From Tubulanus polymorphus (lineage: Eukaryota; Animalia; Nemertea): a stretch of DNA of 64,000 nucleotides. Shown one piece after another: positions 23,625 to 36,307 of this stretch (positions are counted from its first letter, which is position 1; every line of letters starts with the position of its first letter). Location: positions 4,364,175 through 4,428,174 of the forward strand of contig NC_134032.1 of NCBI RefSeq assembly GCF_964204645.1, given 5' to 3'. Both the position numbers and the translations under genes were made by a program. Below the pieces are notes generated by a model. The model was not told where the DNA came from. It saw only the letters and a list, made by a program, of their open reading frames with translations, and did not search any database.

Positions 23625-24219
23625 TTATTTTAGTTAATTTTTGTTCTGATTCATTTTCTGTTTCGACGTTTTGTTGTAGTACATCTGTTTCGTTCTTACC
23701 TGATTTATATTCCATAGGTTTGATGTTCGAAAATGTTATAACTCCAGTAGAAATTAATGTCATAACCGATCCTAATTGAAATGAAGCATATCCAACCCAT
23801 TTTTGTAATTCAGTCATAACTAAATAGTCATTTTTCAAATCATTATATAATTTATTTTCATCATCAATTGGTATTAACTGGTTACATAATTTTGAATAAC
23901 ATTTGACAATACCATCTGAAATAGAATCATTTATTTTAGATAATCTTGCCTCTTCATAAATCTTAAAATATTTTATTACTTGATCGGGTTTCATAGCATC
24001 TAGTTCTTGAAAAGTAATGATTCTATTTAAAAACTCCTTAGATTTCCCGCCAGCAATTAATAATTCAAGATGATGCTTACAATATAAATAGTATTCATAA
24101 TCTATATTGTTATTAACTTGAATAGAATTAGAAACAACTGTATCTTTATTATCACTAATACCTAAATCATCTAATGTTTTTTCAATATCAATACTATTCT
24201 TATTAGATTTCTTTGACAT
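23617..24219 (-). CDS. Hypothetical protein, 200 aa
   Basis: Conserved in E2 (39303-39911); TAAATG start. Confidence 0.85.
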   Translation of the reverse strand: MSKKSNKNSIDIEKTLDDLGISDNKDTVVSNSIQVNNNIDYEYYLYCKHHLELLIAGGKSKEFLNRIITFQELDAMKPDQVIKYFKIYEEARLSKINDSISDGIVKCYSKLCNQLIPIDDENKLYNDLKNDYLVMTELQKWVGYASFQLGSVMTLISTGVITFSNIKPMEYKSGKNETDVLQQNVETENESEQKLTKINE

Positions 24220-24522
24220 TTATATTAGAGAAATTTAATAAGAATAGTATTATAAGTATTCTTCAAATGATACTAGATAGTTAAAGTTAAAGAACTCTAG
24301 TATTGACTACTGATACTAGCTATTTGAATTTAAAGAATTTCTATTCGGATCTATTCAAAATATAAAGTATTCTCTTTTTGAAAAGAAAATATTAAAAATA
24401 TAATAGAATTCACTAGCAGTTGAAGTTATTGTTTTTTTATTATATTTTATTTAAATTAGGATTTGATATCTCACTACTTTTGTTTATCTATTAGGAGCAG
24501 TAACTATAACTGTCCAGATAAG

Positions 24523-25200
24523 TCATTTCGGATCCTTGATATCAAATTCCTCAACGTATCGTTCATTATTTGGATTATTGTTCCATAATTCAATAAATTT
24601 CTTTGCCTTTGTTAACTGTTCTAAATATAACTGTAAATCTAGTTTATTAGATTTGATTTGATTTTCTTTCTTTTCTAAAGGCCTTAAATTTTTCCAACCC
24701 CAAATAAGTTTTTTATTGTATTCATCATTCATGTTAAATTTAGATATTGGTAACACGTGATCAATATGGTAATAATCCCCATAATTATCTATATTCATTT
24801 TATCATCGAATTGAAATATAATCCATGATTTGAGAAATTCATCTGAACAACCCAATAAATTAGATAGTGTTTCTGAATGTGTTTCTTTGTTGAATAATTG
24901 TGTTAATCTAGTCCTTAAGCATTGTTTCAATCTAAAATTAAGATCTGTTTGATATCTTTCTCTCATATATTCTGCCATATAATAATTATAATGTTCTATA
25001 TTATCTTCTCGGTATTGTTTGGTATATAGTTTAGTACAAGTTTTACAGCAATATTGAAAACCATCTTTGCTAATCTTACGCTTACTAAATTCTGTTAAAG
25101 CTAATTTATCTAATTCACATTTAGAACACTTTTTGTAATATATATTTATAACACCAGTGTTATTTGTAATATTGATAATTTGTGGTTGTTCTGGTTCCAT
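24523..25200 (-). CDS. HNH-type endonuclease with N-terminal Cys4 Zn finger (NCLDV-like)
   Basis: CSKC...CKTC; YHIDHVLP...KNLRPLEKKENQIKSNK. Confidence 0.85.
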   Translation of the reverse strand: MEPEQPQIINITNNTGVINIYYKKCSKCELDKLALTEFSKRKISKDGFQYCCKTCTKLYTKQYREDNIEHYNYYMAEYMRERYQTDLNFRLKQCLRTRLTQLFNKETHSETLSNLLGCSDEFLKSWIIFQFDDKMNIDNYGDYYHIDHVLPISKFNMNDEYNKKLIWGWKNLRPLEKKENQIKSNKLDLQLYLEQLTKAKKFIELWNNNPNNERYVEEFDIKDPK

Positions 25201-25348
25201 TTATTATACATATTTTTTTACTAAATTGGTTAATATTTTATAATCCTCTTCCATTTCTTCGACCAATGTCATCCTTTTTCATTCTTCGTTGCTTTTGATA
25301 AGTTGTTTCGATTCCTTGATATCTAAATAATACCAGTTACAATACCCG

Positions 25349-25660
25349 CGTTACATGCGGCCATTTATGGCCGGTTTTGCTTAATGCACATGTGTTAATC
25401 ATAATTATATATTCATTCTATAAATTCTGTAAAATAGAAACAACATGCGTTACATGCGTCACATGCGGCCATTTATGGCCGGTTTTGCTTAATGCGCATG
25501 CGTTAAACATAATTGTATATTCATTCTATAAATTCTGTAAAATAGAAACAACTGAACATAGAAAATTCAAACGCATTCATGTCCCTCGTCACATGCGTTA
25601 CATGCGTCACATGCGGCCATTTATGGCCGGTTTTGCTTAATGCGCATGCGTTAAACATAA
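25349..25660. promoter_or_regulatory. E1 triple repeat: 16-nt palindrome plus NRF1-like site
   Basis: CGGCCATTTATGGCCG at 25358, 25466 and 25614, each followed by TGCGCATGCG (TGCACATGTG in copy 1); regulatory role is inferred. Confidence 0.6.
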
Positions 25661-25736
25661 TAGAAACGACTGAACATAAAAATTCACAAATCAGATTTAT
25701 ACAATACATTATACAAGTTGTTCAGTCATTTCTTCT

Positions 25737-25833
25737 AATACATCATTTGATTTCTATAAATACAATTTATAATTACAAACATTTTTTCAATTGCTGGTAA
25801 ATATTTAACTACATCAATAAATGTTAAACTTAA
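25737..25833 (-). pseudogene. Remnant of the gene that is intact in E2 at 37047-37838
   Basis: Translates LSLTFIDVVKYLPAIEKMFV versus E2 LSLSFSEVIRYMPEIEKMLV, at the syntenic position. Confidence 0.7.
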
Positions 25834-26369
25834 TCATTGGAGTCTTAATGTTTTTGAAATTATTATATTTCTTCTTCGATCTTTTGGTGATTCTATTGGT
25901 TCGATATCCATTGCTGTTGATTCCTCAGTCAGAAAGAGTATCTTGAGTTTCTCTATCGCTTCTTGATGCGTATGACTTTTTATTAATCTAAAAGATATTA
26001 GCGGTAACTCTAGCTATCTAAAAGATATACTAAATACACTTAAATATATCTAAAGGTTAATACACTTAAATATATCTAAAGGTTTCATATTTAATAGCCT
26101 TAATAACTACAACAAACAGTACTTACATTTAGATTTATAATTGTATACTATAAACTCCTAATTTCGTTTCGAAAGATAGAATATCCTGAGCACAATATTA
26201 CAGCGTATGTCCATTTCCGGGGTGATTTCTAGAATGAACACGTCGTTGATTATGCCACGTCATCTAGTTCCGGCGCGCCTTTCTAGAATATTCTACACGT
26301 TTCTGATTATGACGTGTCATAATGTCTCGTCGTTATAGTAACAACTGTAACAGCTGTGAATTTATAGAT

Positions 26370-26657
26370 TTATTCTATAGCTCTGTACATTGAATGTATA
26401 TAGGCTAAAATAGAATCATTTTCTAGTATAAACATCAGATCCTTGATATCAAATTCCTCAACGTATTGTTCATTATTTGGATCATTATTCCATAATTCAA
26501 TAAATTTCTTTCCCTTTGTTAACTGTTCTGAATATAACTGTAAATATTCTAGTTTCAATTTATTCTCTAAATGTGTTCTAGTTTTATTGTGTCTTGCTTT
26601 TTGGGATTTATCTATATCGATATTACATGTTGGGCAGTAGTACTTATTTGCTTCCAT
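26370..26657 (-). CDS. 95-aa chimera: pPolB N-terminal Zn finger fused to a copy of the HNH C-terminal segment
   Basis: Residues 1-38 match the pPolB start; LQLYSEQLTKGKKFIELWNNDPNNEQYVEEFDIKD matches the E1 HNH tail. Confidence 0.65.
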   Translation of the reverse strand: MEANKYYCPTCNIDIDKSQKARHNKTRTHLENKLKLEYLQLYSEQLTKGKKFIELWNNDPNNEQYVEEFDIKDLMFILENDSILAYIHSMYRAIE

Positions 26658-27143
26658 TTTAATACTATATTTTTTATTAAAATTGATTTTAGAAGTTCAA
26701 TGATTTAAATGTTATTCATTTATGTGAATATTTTAAGAGTAATAGGAGTAATAGGCTTTCATATCAAAGGTTTAATGATCGAGTTCATTAATAACATATA
26801 TTAAAAGTAATTAAAAAACTATAATATATTTTCATAACCGCGTGCATTTCAGTTGAATAATAGAATAATTATTATCATTTGAATATATTTGATTATTTGA
26901 ATTTGTGTATTGTAATTAAATCAATTGGTCGCGGAGCGGAGCGGTAGCGAAGTGGAGCGACCAATTGATTTAATACAATATGCTTTTTATATTATTGATA
27001 TCTTAGAATAAATATTTAGTTTTGATATAAAATGCACGCGGTTATGAAAATATATTATAGTTTTTTAATTACTTTTAATATTTTGTTTTTTAATGGGCTC
27101 GACCGTTCGACCTTTGGTATGAAAGCCTATTACCCCTATTACT
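26544..27143. repeat. E1 right TIR (hairpin 26738-27143)
   Basis: Reverse complement of 8780-9382. Confidence 0.95.
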
Positions 27144-28254
27144 AATATTCATGCTATATCTAAATATTGATATCACATTTTTTACTATGTGGAAATAACT
27201 GAGAAAAACTTATTTAGATAACTTGAGTATTGATAACTAATCTCAAAAGTCTTTCTCTAAAAAACTATTAGAACTTATAAACTATAAATAGATAACTTTA
27301 TTATTCTTTAAAATCTAAACTCGAAATGATACTGATAGATTATTGATATCAATATTTCTAACTAGTCATGTAATGTTACAATACTTGGCAACCATTCTAA
27401 CTGATCTAAAGAACATTTAACACCCATCTTTAAGATGGGCTAGGTGCAGATCAAACTATGAGCATTGAGAAATATTTTAAATATCACCTAAATTTATGTA
27501 AATTACCAAACGAGCCGGACACCAATAGGCCTCAACAGGCCTCCATAAGTCCGTGATATTGATGATGATGATGATGATACCGATACACCGGGTCGCGAAA
27601 TGAAAATCTGTTGGACCGCGGATTCATCTTTAGTCGGCATCCATTATGAGTTTTCCGGTTTGCTCGGCTACCCGTACTGGCGGGGTAGTCTAGATAGGCA
27701 AATGAAAGCTCCGGTTTGCTGAACTACCCCTCTTTGCGGGGATGCGGTATGATGTTTGATCTGACAGTTTCAAGTGGTTATGCTTATTACTTAATGTGGT
27801 ACATGGTGGTTTAAAAAAAGATTTCATAATGATACGCTCAAAGTATAGGCCTACCGCGTGGCATTATGAGAATGCCGGTTTGCTAGCGTATCTATTTAAC
27901 ACCCGTATTGCTCGGGTGACTTTTACTACCAACGGGTGGCGCTGTGTGTAAATTTCACATAAATCAACGACTTTCGGCTATTAGCGGTACTTAAGACCAC
28001 TTGAAAACATCATAGTCAATTACGGTAGTAGTGAAAATAAAAAGTTACAGTTCGGTGTACAGCACCATAGCACCCATATAATACCACATACATTTTATTC
28101 AGACTAAGGACTTAGTTAACACTGATCTTCATTTCCATTCATTAATGATCTGTTGAATTAATTAGTAATTCAGTCTTTCGGTGGTTCGAGATAAAATGCC
28201 CGCAAAATAAGAACTAACGAACCAGGGCTGACCACAAATTGCCCAACAGATAAA

Positions 28255-28870
28255 TTTTCTGAAACGACACAATAATGTTTAGTATCAAATAACTCGTGGC
28301 GTAGACCTTGGTCTATCAACTGACCAATGCATGACCAGTACTGGCTATACAGTAAATTATCTGTTTTGCAAACAATTAAGTTATTTGGTGTCAAATAACT
28401 AGATATAATGTGGACATTAAACTAAAAATTGTTTAACTGACCAATGCTTGACCAGTACTGATCAGTTACCACTAACTAGAACCCACCATATGTAATTTAT
28501 ATGTTTAGTAAAGCAATAAAATCGTGTTTGGGCGTCGAGCTACTAGATACGGTGCGGGCTATGATCTAACAACTATTTAACTGACCAATATTTTACCAAT
28601 ACTGACCTTAAAGTAATTTGTTTATTCTAGAAGCAACACAGTCGTGTTTGGTGTCAAATAATTAGAAATGGCGTGGGCTTTCATCTAACAACTATTCAAG
28701 TGACCAAATCTTGACCAATACTGACCACATCGCTATATTTATCTGTTTCGGACACAACTTAGTCGTGTCTCGTATCAAATAATTTCATTCGGTCTAAACG
28801 TAAATATAACAACTCTTTTACCTGTACAAGCTACACCAGTACTGTCTAATTACCGGTTAAATGTTTTTAG
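28255..28870. repeat. Degenerate ~110-120-bp tandem array (left subterminal)
   Basis: Recurring AACTGACCAATGCTTGACCAGTACTGA-like and TTTGGTGTCAAATAA-like motifs. Confidence 0.7.
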
Positions 28871-29172
28871 AAATAACACGGGGTATTGCCTGAATCCTTC
28901 GTCAGTACTACTCTTATTAAATGTGTCGTTTTAAAAGTCTTGTCCAATTTTTATTGTAGGAAGCGAGCTAACTTTGAAATTTCCCACTAAATGCAAAAGA
29001 TTTTCACATCGGGTTTTGAACGAACAACGTTTCGATTTGTAATTGTAACGTGCGCATTTTAGCCTGTAACGTGCACATTTCACTAGTGTGAACGTGCGTA
29101 TCGGTACCATTATGCGAAACTTGTCAAACTTTTGCGTTCAAGACGTTTAAACTGAACACTAAAGGAGATATT

Positions 29173-29356
29173 ATATCATATCATATCATATCATATCATA
29201 TCATATCATATCATATCATATCATATCATATCATATCATATCATATCATATCATACTCATATCATATCATATCATATCATATCATATCATATCATATCAT
29301 ATCATATCATATCATATCATATCATATCATATCATATCATATCATATCATATCATA
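29173..29356. repeat. (ATATC)n microsatellite
   Basis: Near-perfect pentamer run. Confidence 0.98.
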
Positions 29357-31257
29357 TATATGAATAATGAATAGATGGAAGATAATGTAGTAGTTTTGAA
29401 TGTTTCGTAACTGCTGTCCACTGACCGCAGATCATCAAAGTTAATCGCCTCATATGAAATATATATTCGTTATAAGGGATGTAGTAGTTCAGTGAGAATT
29501 CAAACTTATGGGTAATTTTAAGTGATCACAACGCTGACCAATAGAGAAAGCTGTATCACAACAGAAGTGCGACTAACGTATCTTATTGAAACATTTAAAA
29601 TACCGGAGAGTAAATGGGAGAACCCTGAATTCGAAACAATTCCACACTCGGATCGTTTACTTTGAAAACACAATTTGCAATTTGTGGACATCCATTATTT
29701 CTGCACCAAAAGCATGAAGTATATTATCTTTGCTCGTAAAAATTTGAAATTTTGAGGAAGAATTTTTGGCCTAGTTAACCTGTGAACACGTCCTTCATAT
29801 ATTTTCTAAGACCGATCTTGATATAATGCTGAGAGTTCAGAGAAAATTATGGTAGGATGTAAACTTAGGCCGCTTCGTATCCGTGGAAGGTTGCTAATTA
29901 TTGATCTTATACACAATAATCATAAGTACGTAACACGGGACTCCATAGAATATCGTTTTTCAATCATACGTACACAAATTATTGCGATATAAAGATAAAT
30001 AGTACTTTAATATACTTTTTACTTCTTATACTGAATATTTCTTTAGTAGTATTAATAAAGAGTGGATCAGCAGGCTACCTGAGCCAATTCCACGATTTGA
30101 GGTCAGTTGCCAAAAGTTAGTAAGTTTACATACCAGTGGATAGTTAACATTTAAAATGACAATTAAAACTTCATTGCTAAAAATAACTTTGTATTCGTAG
30201 AATAGTCACACTCAAATGCGGAGAATTGATAATACCATAATACGATACGAAAATTCACTGTATACAAATTCAAAAAGATGATCTCTAGTGAACGATCGAA
30301 CGTTGTGTCGTTATTTTCTAATGATAAAACTTGGTTTGAGATTTGAAATGTGTACATATTGGATCTTTTTCATATTAACAGTGTATTTGGTCATGTATCA
30401 TATTGTATAATGGTTAATTTAAACTAACTGGTTTTAGAGTTGTATCCTTAAATCCTGTAATAGAGGATGCAATCTTTTTGCGGCAAACAGTACAAATAGC
30501 TAGAAAAAGCAACGATAGTGCATTGGTAAACTTAAAGCAAGCGTACAATTGGTTATTTAGGTTTTTCGTTGGGAAAATTAATGTTTAATCATTATTGAAA
30601 TATCCGAGGCGAGCTTTTCCAGGAATTTACAAAGTTGAGCTTTACACAAGGAATTTTTTTGTAGTCCGATATCCGTGATTACCTCTGGCTTGGAGAGATA
30701 CAATCTAAAACCAACCGTCGAGTCAAATATTTTACCACAATTTTCTATGATTAGTAAAAAGATTAAGTAATAGACATAGGCATGCAAACAGTAATATCTG
30801 AAGTCCACTCCATTTCAAACTCATTCATCTTAACACAAACTCCAACTTGTTGAACAGTTCAAAATTGCGTGGCTTGAATTATTACGATAGCTAAAATCAG
30901 GGACCACGATACTTGCTCATCTACACTGGCTTCCAATTTAACAAAGGATTGAATTTGAGTGTTTGATGTTGTAACAATAGGCCTACCATACTGAATTATG
31001 GATTCTGTTTCTACTTTTTGATTGAACATTTATATCACATATTGGGTCATTTCATTTTTACCAGTATAGGCCAAATTGGAAGAACCTATCCGTATATCAT
31101 GTTTAATTTTATATAATCTGACTTTTGAGATGTCATTCAATCAATGCATTCATATGCGGTCGTCGCTTTCAATAGCCACCACGGACTGACTCCTTAGCGA
31201 TACCTTGGCGGACGATCCCACACGTTTCTTGCTCCAGCCCTAGAATGCTCAATTATA

Positions 31258-31664
31258 AGGCGCTTTTACGAAATTGAATCTGATTCGGTTTAGCTAAATC
31301 CGATTCGATGTTGGAAAACGTAAGGATTAGTAAATCGAATCGTTTTTCGTAAATGAGTCGAATCAATTTATCAATCTAAAGGTCGCGATTCGAAAGAAAA
31401 TGGGCGTCAATGGTGACCGAATTATTGATAGATGATGGTCTGCAATAGATGTCTTTAGCCCGCGGTCGAAGAGGACGCCATGTTGGATTTCACTGACTAA
31501 ATCGCCACTAACTTGCTCGCCGAGCAAGTTAGTCGATTTAATAAATCAATTTACTAAACCGCGTCCATAAACGAGTTGATTTACCAAATCGGATTCACTA
31601 AACCGCGTGCCGTAAACGTGAAACTTAAATCGATTTACAAAGATTCAGTTTCGTAAAAGCGCCT
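31258..31664. mobile_element. MITE, PIF/Harbinger-like
   Basis: TIR AGGCGCTTTTACGAAA / TTTCGTAAAAGCGCCT; 3-bp TSD ATA; inverted duplicate at 55737-56127. Confidence 0.75.
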
Positions 31665-33424
31665 ATAGTCGTCATGAACACCCGATTTGAATTCAAATTC
31701 AAAAGACTCCTAAAAACGCACCTGTTTACTCGATTACTGTAAAGCGCCTTTGAGCATTTATATGCAAGAATCAGTGAAATTGGCGCTTTATCAGTTGTAT
31801 TCATCATTCAAACCATTATTCTCCTTATCCTATGAATTTGGAGACCCATCCTCGCATGAGAATGAATATAATGTGATTTCAATTAAAGATGACACATGGC
31901 CTCATATCATTACGTTATGTTTTTTAACGGGTGGGCGAGATTATATTCTTATGTTTTTGTTTCTCTGAATGTCGCTATTTAAGAGTTCAATAATAATTTC
32001 AGTCAACCAAACAAAGGATTTTTCTGTATGTTTCGTGTCCTGTTTTTCCATAACCCTAGGACTGCATTTTAGGTATTTTTCGTGGATGACCGAACGCTGC
32101 TGTCCCTTTCTAGTAATTTGATGATATCTGTCGAAATCCAAATTTTAAAAAGGAATCAGGCATATCTCCTTGTTTGACTAAGTAAGAACTCAACTTTAAG
32201 GGACACTCCCTTAAAGGCGCCGAAGTAAAATCATGTGTCGAGTGGAGATGATTTTGTGTCAGAATTTCTTCAAAAGCGGAGAAAATTGAATATTTTGAAA
32301 ATAATGATTTCACATGTATGTTTGAATCCGTTATAACTGGAGCAATTTTCATAAAAACATATCTATGGAATCAACGAAATGTAATTAAGAAGAATACTAT
32401 GTTTAAGATGTTATCAAAGGCATTTGAAAAAAGTTTTCTGATTTCGTCAACTGTGAAACTAGTGTCAACCAGATGTGTTCCCATTAAACGAACCGACTGC
32501 GAGCCGAGTCGATGTGAGATGTGACCTACACTGAAAATCTCAAGCGCTACCACTGGTTTTTAGGTGCTTCTGAATGTCGGCCGTTAAAAAACTAAACAAT
32601 TGCCATTTGGAAAGGGCCTAGTTAGAGAAAATGCTAGATGTGTATATTGTGTGATATTTCATGTGCGTTTGGAATTTAACCTTGTTTATAACGAAACACA
32701 CATGTTCTTTTCTATTTTAGAAGAGCGCATGATAGTGCAATGAAGAACTGACAATGAAAAAGGGGTAACAGGTGACTGATATCACACCGAATTTCAATTC
32801 CTATGAACACTTTTCATATAGTGAATTCTGTACAAGAGTTAAAAAAAACTTGAAATATTAACGAAACAGTTTTTTGACGGACAAATCGTTACCATCGAAT
32901 TTTCAAAACTTTTTTAATGCCTTGGTGACCACTGGTCTAGTACGCGGTTTTCTGAAACAAAAGTGGCCAAGTTTAAAGAACGACAATTGATAACAAATAT
33001 TAGGAGCCTAATGCGTTTAATGATTTAATTAATTGGCATCGCGCTGATTGGTTGAAAGACGGTTGTTAGTCATCTTGCCTGTGATTTAATTGTTTTTTTA
33101 AGCATCGATTAACCATAGATTTAATCTTATCATAACTTATTTGCAGGTGCTTCTCGCAAACATTTTCTATTCGTTTTCAAACGCAGTACTGTTCAGATGA
33201 TTCGCGTCAAGCTTTGAGTCAAGTAGTAAAAAAGTTTATGTATTAGCATTACTATGCAGTCAAAATTACGCACTGCGGCAAGTGAGGTGCTGTGATCCAG
33301 ATGTGTAACCTATTTAGGAGTAATATATTTCCATAATGTCAACGCCATTCAGAAACAGTAGCAAAACATACTGCTGGTCTCTAGAAATAACAATACGACG
33401 ACAACCACTTTCGAATTCGACGAT

Positions 33425-33935
33425 ATTCGAGAAGTTTCACTTGGGCAGTGGTGGTCAGTGATGGTCAATTTATGAATTATAATGGGGAATGCTTTCTAGT
33501 TTCACACCAAATGCGGTACCGGTATATCTTTCTTACATTCGAGAAGTTTCAATTGGTCAGTGGTGGTCAGTGATGGTCAATTCATGAATTTTCAATGGCG
33601 AATCCTTTCTAGTTTGACACCATAACGCGGTATATCGTTCTCATATTCGAGAAGTTTGAATTGGTCAGTGGTGGTCAGTGATGGTCAATTTATGAATTTT
33701 CAATATTTATGGCGAATCCTTTCTAGTTTGACACCATAACGCGGTATATCGTTCTCATATTCGAGAAGTTTGAATTGGTCAGTGGTGGTCAGTGATGGTC
33801 AATTTATGAATTCTCAATATCTATGGCGAATCCTTTCTAGTTTGACACCATAACGCGGTATATCGAACTCATATTCGAGAAGTTTGAATTGGTCAGTGGT
33901 GGTCAGTGATGGTCAATTTATGAATTTGCAATGAT
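33425..33935. repeat. Five-copy ~110-bp tandem array (right subterminal); four inverted copies at ~34845-35232
   Basis: Unit core TTCGAGAAGTTTGAATTGGTCAGTGGTGGTCAGTGATGGTCAATTTATGAATT. Confidence 0.9.
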
Positions 33936-35637
33936 GATACCTGGGTAGTTTGAAAACAAACATGACTTGATAAATTTCCGAAATTCGCAGTCAGGTGTTC
34001 AGACTCGGGAATATCTCAATTGGTCAGTTTCTGACCATCATGGTGTCACCATGTGGTCTATAGCTCAAATGAAACACGTGGGACCGACGAAAGGGCCCAA
34101 AAGCGTAAGTCATTTCCTGAGTGATGTGATCCAAAAATGCCCTAACTGGAAAAGGCAGTCTTTCAATTGGACGAAACCAAATCGGACAGAACAATTAAAA
34201 TTTGGGAAGGCCACAGGCAGTGGTCTTTCTACGAAGCCCACGCGGTAGGCCTATACTTTGAGCGTATCATTATGAAATTTTTTTTAAACCACCATGTAGG
34301 CCTACCACATTAAGTAATAAGCATCGTTGTAAGCACTTGAAACACCCATTAACCACTTGAAACTGTCAGATCAAACATCATACCGCATCCCCGCAAAGAG
34401 GGGTAGTTCAGCAAACCGGAGCTTTCATTTGCCTATCTAGACTACCCCGCCAGTACGGGTAGCCGAGCAAACCGGAAAACTCATAATGGGGAAGGCCACA
34501 GGCAGTGGTCTTTCTACGAAGCCCATTATGAGTTTTCCGGTTTGCTCGGCTACCCGTACTGGCGGGGTAGTCTAGATAGGCAAATGAAAACTCCGGTTTG
34601 CTGAACTACCCCTCTTTGCGGGGATGCGGACATTTTTGGATCACATCACTCAGGAAATGACTTACGCTTTTGGGCCCTTTCGTCGGTCCCACGTGTTTCA
34701 TTTGAGCTATAGACCACATGGTGACACCATGATGGTCAGAAACTGACCAATTGAGATATTCCCGAGTCTGAACACCTGACTGCGAATTTCGGAAATTTAT
34801 CAAGTCATGTTTGTTTTCAAACTACCGAGGTATCATCATTGCAAATTCATAAATTGAACATCACTGACCACCACTGACCAATTCAAACTTCTCGAATATG
34901 AGTTCGATATACCGCGTTATGGTGTCAAACTAGAAAGGATTCGCCATAAATATTGAGAATTCATAAATTGACCATCACTGACCACCACTGACCAATTCAA
35001 ACTTCTCGAATATGAGAACGATATACCGCGTTATGGTGTCAAACTAGAAAGGATTCGCCATTGAAAATTCATGAATTGACCATCACTGACCACCACTGAC
35101 CAATTGAAACTTCTCGAATGTAAGAAAGATATACCGGTACCGCATTTGGTGTGAAACTAGAAAGCATTCCCCATTAGAATTCATAAATTGACCATCACTG
35201 ACCACCACTGCCCAAGTGAAACTTCTCGAATATCGTCGAATTCGAAAGTGGTTGTCGTCGTATTGTTATTTCTAGAGACCAGCAGTACGTTTTGCTACTG
35301 TTTCTGAATGGCGTTGACATTATGGAAATATATTACTCCTAAATAGGTTACACATCTGGATCACAGCACCTCACTTGCCGCAGTGCGTACTTTTGACTGC
35401 ATAGTAATGCTAATACATAAACTTTTTTACTACTTGACTCAAAGCTTGACGCGAATCATCTGAACAGTACTGCGTTTGAAAACGAATAGCAAAATGTTTG
35501 CGAGAAGCACCTGCAAATAAGTTATGATAAGATTAAATCTATGGTTAATCGATGCTTAAAAAAACAATTAAATCACAGGCAAGATGACTAACAACCGTCT
35601 TTCAACCAATCAGCGCGATGCCAATTAATTAAACTCT

Positions 35638-36222
35638 AGTAATAGGGGTTTAGTTGTTTCATACCAAAGGTCGAAAGGTCGAGCCCATTAAAAAACAAAA
35701 TATTAAAAGTAATTAAAAAACTATAATATATTTTCATAACCGCGTGCATTTTATATCAAAACTAAATATTTATTCTAAGATATCAATAATATAAAAAGCA
35801 TATTGTATTAAATCAATTGGTCGCTCCACTTCGCTACCGCTCCGCTCCGCGACCAATTGATTTAATTACAATACACAAATTCAAATAATCAAATATATTC
35901 AAATGATAATAATTATTCTATTATTCTATTATTCAACTGAAATGCACGCGGTTATGAAAATATATTATAGTTTTTTAATTACTTTTAATATATGTTATTA
36001 ATGAACTCGATCATTAAACCTTTGATATGAAACAACTAAACCCCTATTACTCTTAAAATATTCATATATATATGAATAACATTTAAATCATTGAACTTCT
36101 AAAATCAATTTTAATAAAAAATATAGTATTAAAATGGAAGCAAATAAGTACTACTGCCCAACATGTAATATCGATATAGATAAATCCCAAAAAGCAAGAC
36201 ACAATAAAACTAGAACACATTT
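35638..36222. repeat. E2 TIR (hairpin 35638-36051)
   Basis: Reverse complement of 53834-54409. Confidence 0.95.
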
Positions 36223-36307
36223 GTTTTTAGTCCAGTTGGTTAAAGCAAAGACATTTATCGAATTAAGGAACTCAACATATAGTGAAAAATATGTTGAATC
36301 GTTATAA
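36134..36307 (+). CDS. 57-aa chimera: pPolB Zn finger plus HNH C-terminal-like segment (below the ORF-track cutoff)
   Basis: Hand translation MEANKYYCPTCNIDIDKSQKARHNKTRTHLFLVQLVKAKTFIELRNSTYSEKYVESL*. Confidence 0.6.
   Translation: MEANKYYCPTCNIDIDKSQKARHNKTRTHLFLVQLVKAKTFIELRNSTYSEKYVESL

Larger units (their letters stand above)
8780..27143 (+). mobile_element. Polinton/Maverick (adintovirus-like) endogenous virus E1, 18364 bp
   Basis: AGT...ACT termini, ~600-bp TIRs, 6-bp TSD AATATT (8774-8779, 27144-27149); pPolB, integrase, ATPase, MCP and penton genes; very AT-rich. Confidence 0.97.
27641..34489. mobile_element. ~6.85-kb non-autonomous TIR element with subterminal ~110-bp repeat arrays (copy A)
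   Basis: 27641-27860 is the reverse complement of ~34239-34489 (CCATTATGAGTTTTCCGG...); TGACCA-rich array at left and TGGTCA-rich array at right; no credible ORF; TSD not identified. Confidence 0.65.

Noticed and set aside
25377-25800. ORFs with repeated TCVTCVTCGH
   Set aside because: Translations of the regulatory tandem repeat; not conserved in E2.
33425-33935. Regularly spaced repeats resembling a CRISPR array
   Set aside because: The intervening sequences are themselves near-identical, the context is eukaryotic and there are no cas genes; this is a tandem minisatellite.
30578-34803. Short ORFs present in two copies (e.g. 30578/56577, 32110/55049, 33967/34606)
   Set aside because: Their conservation is explained by the recent inverted duplication; no protein motifs.
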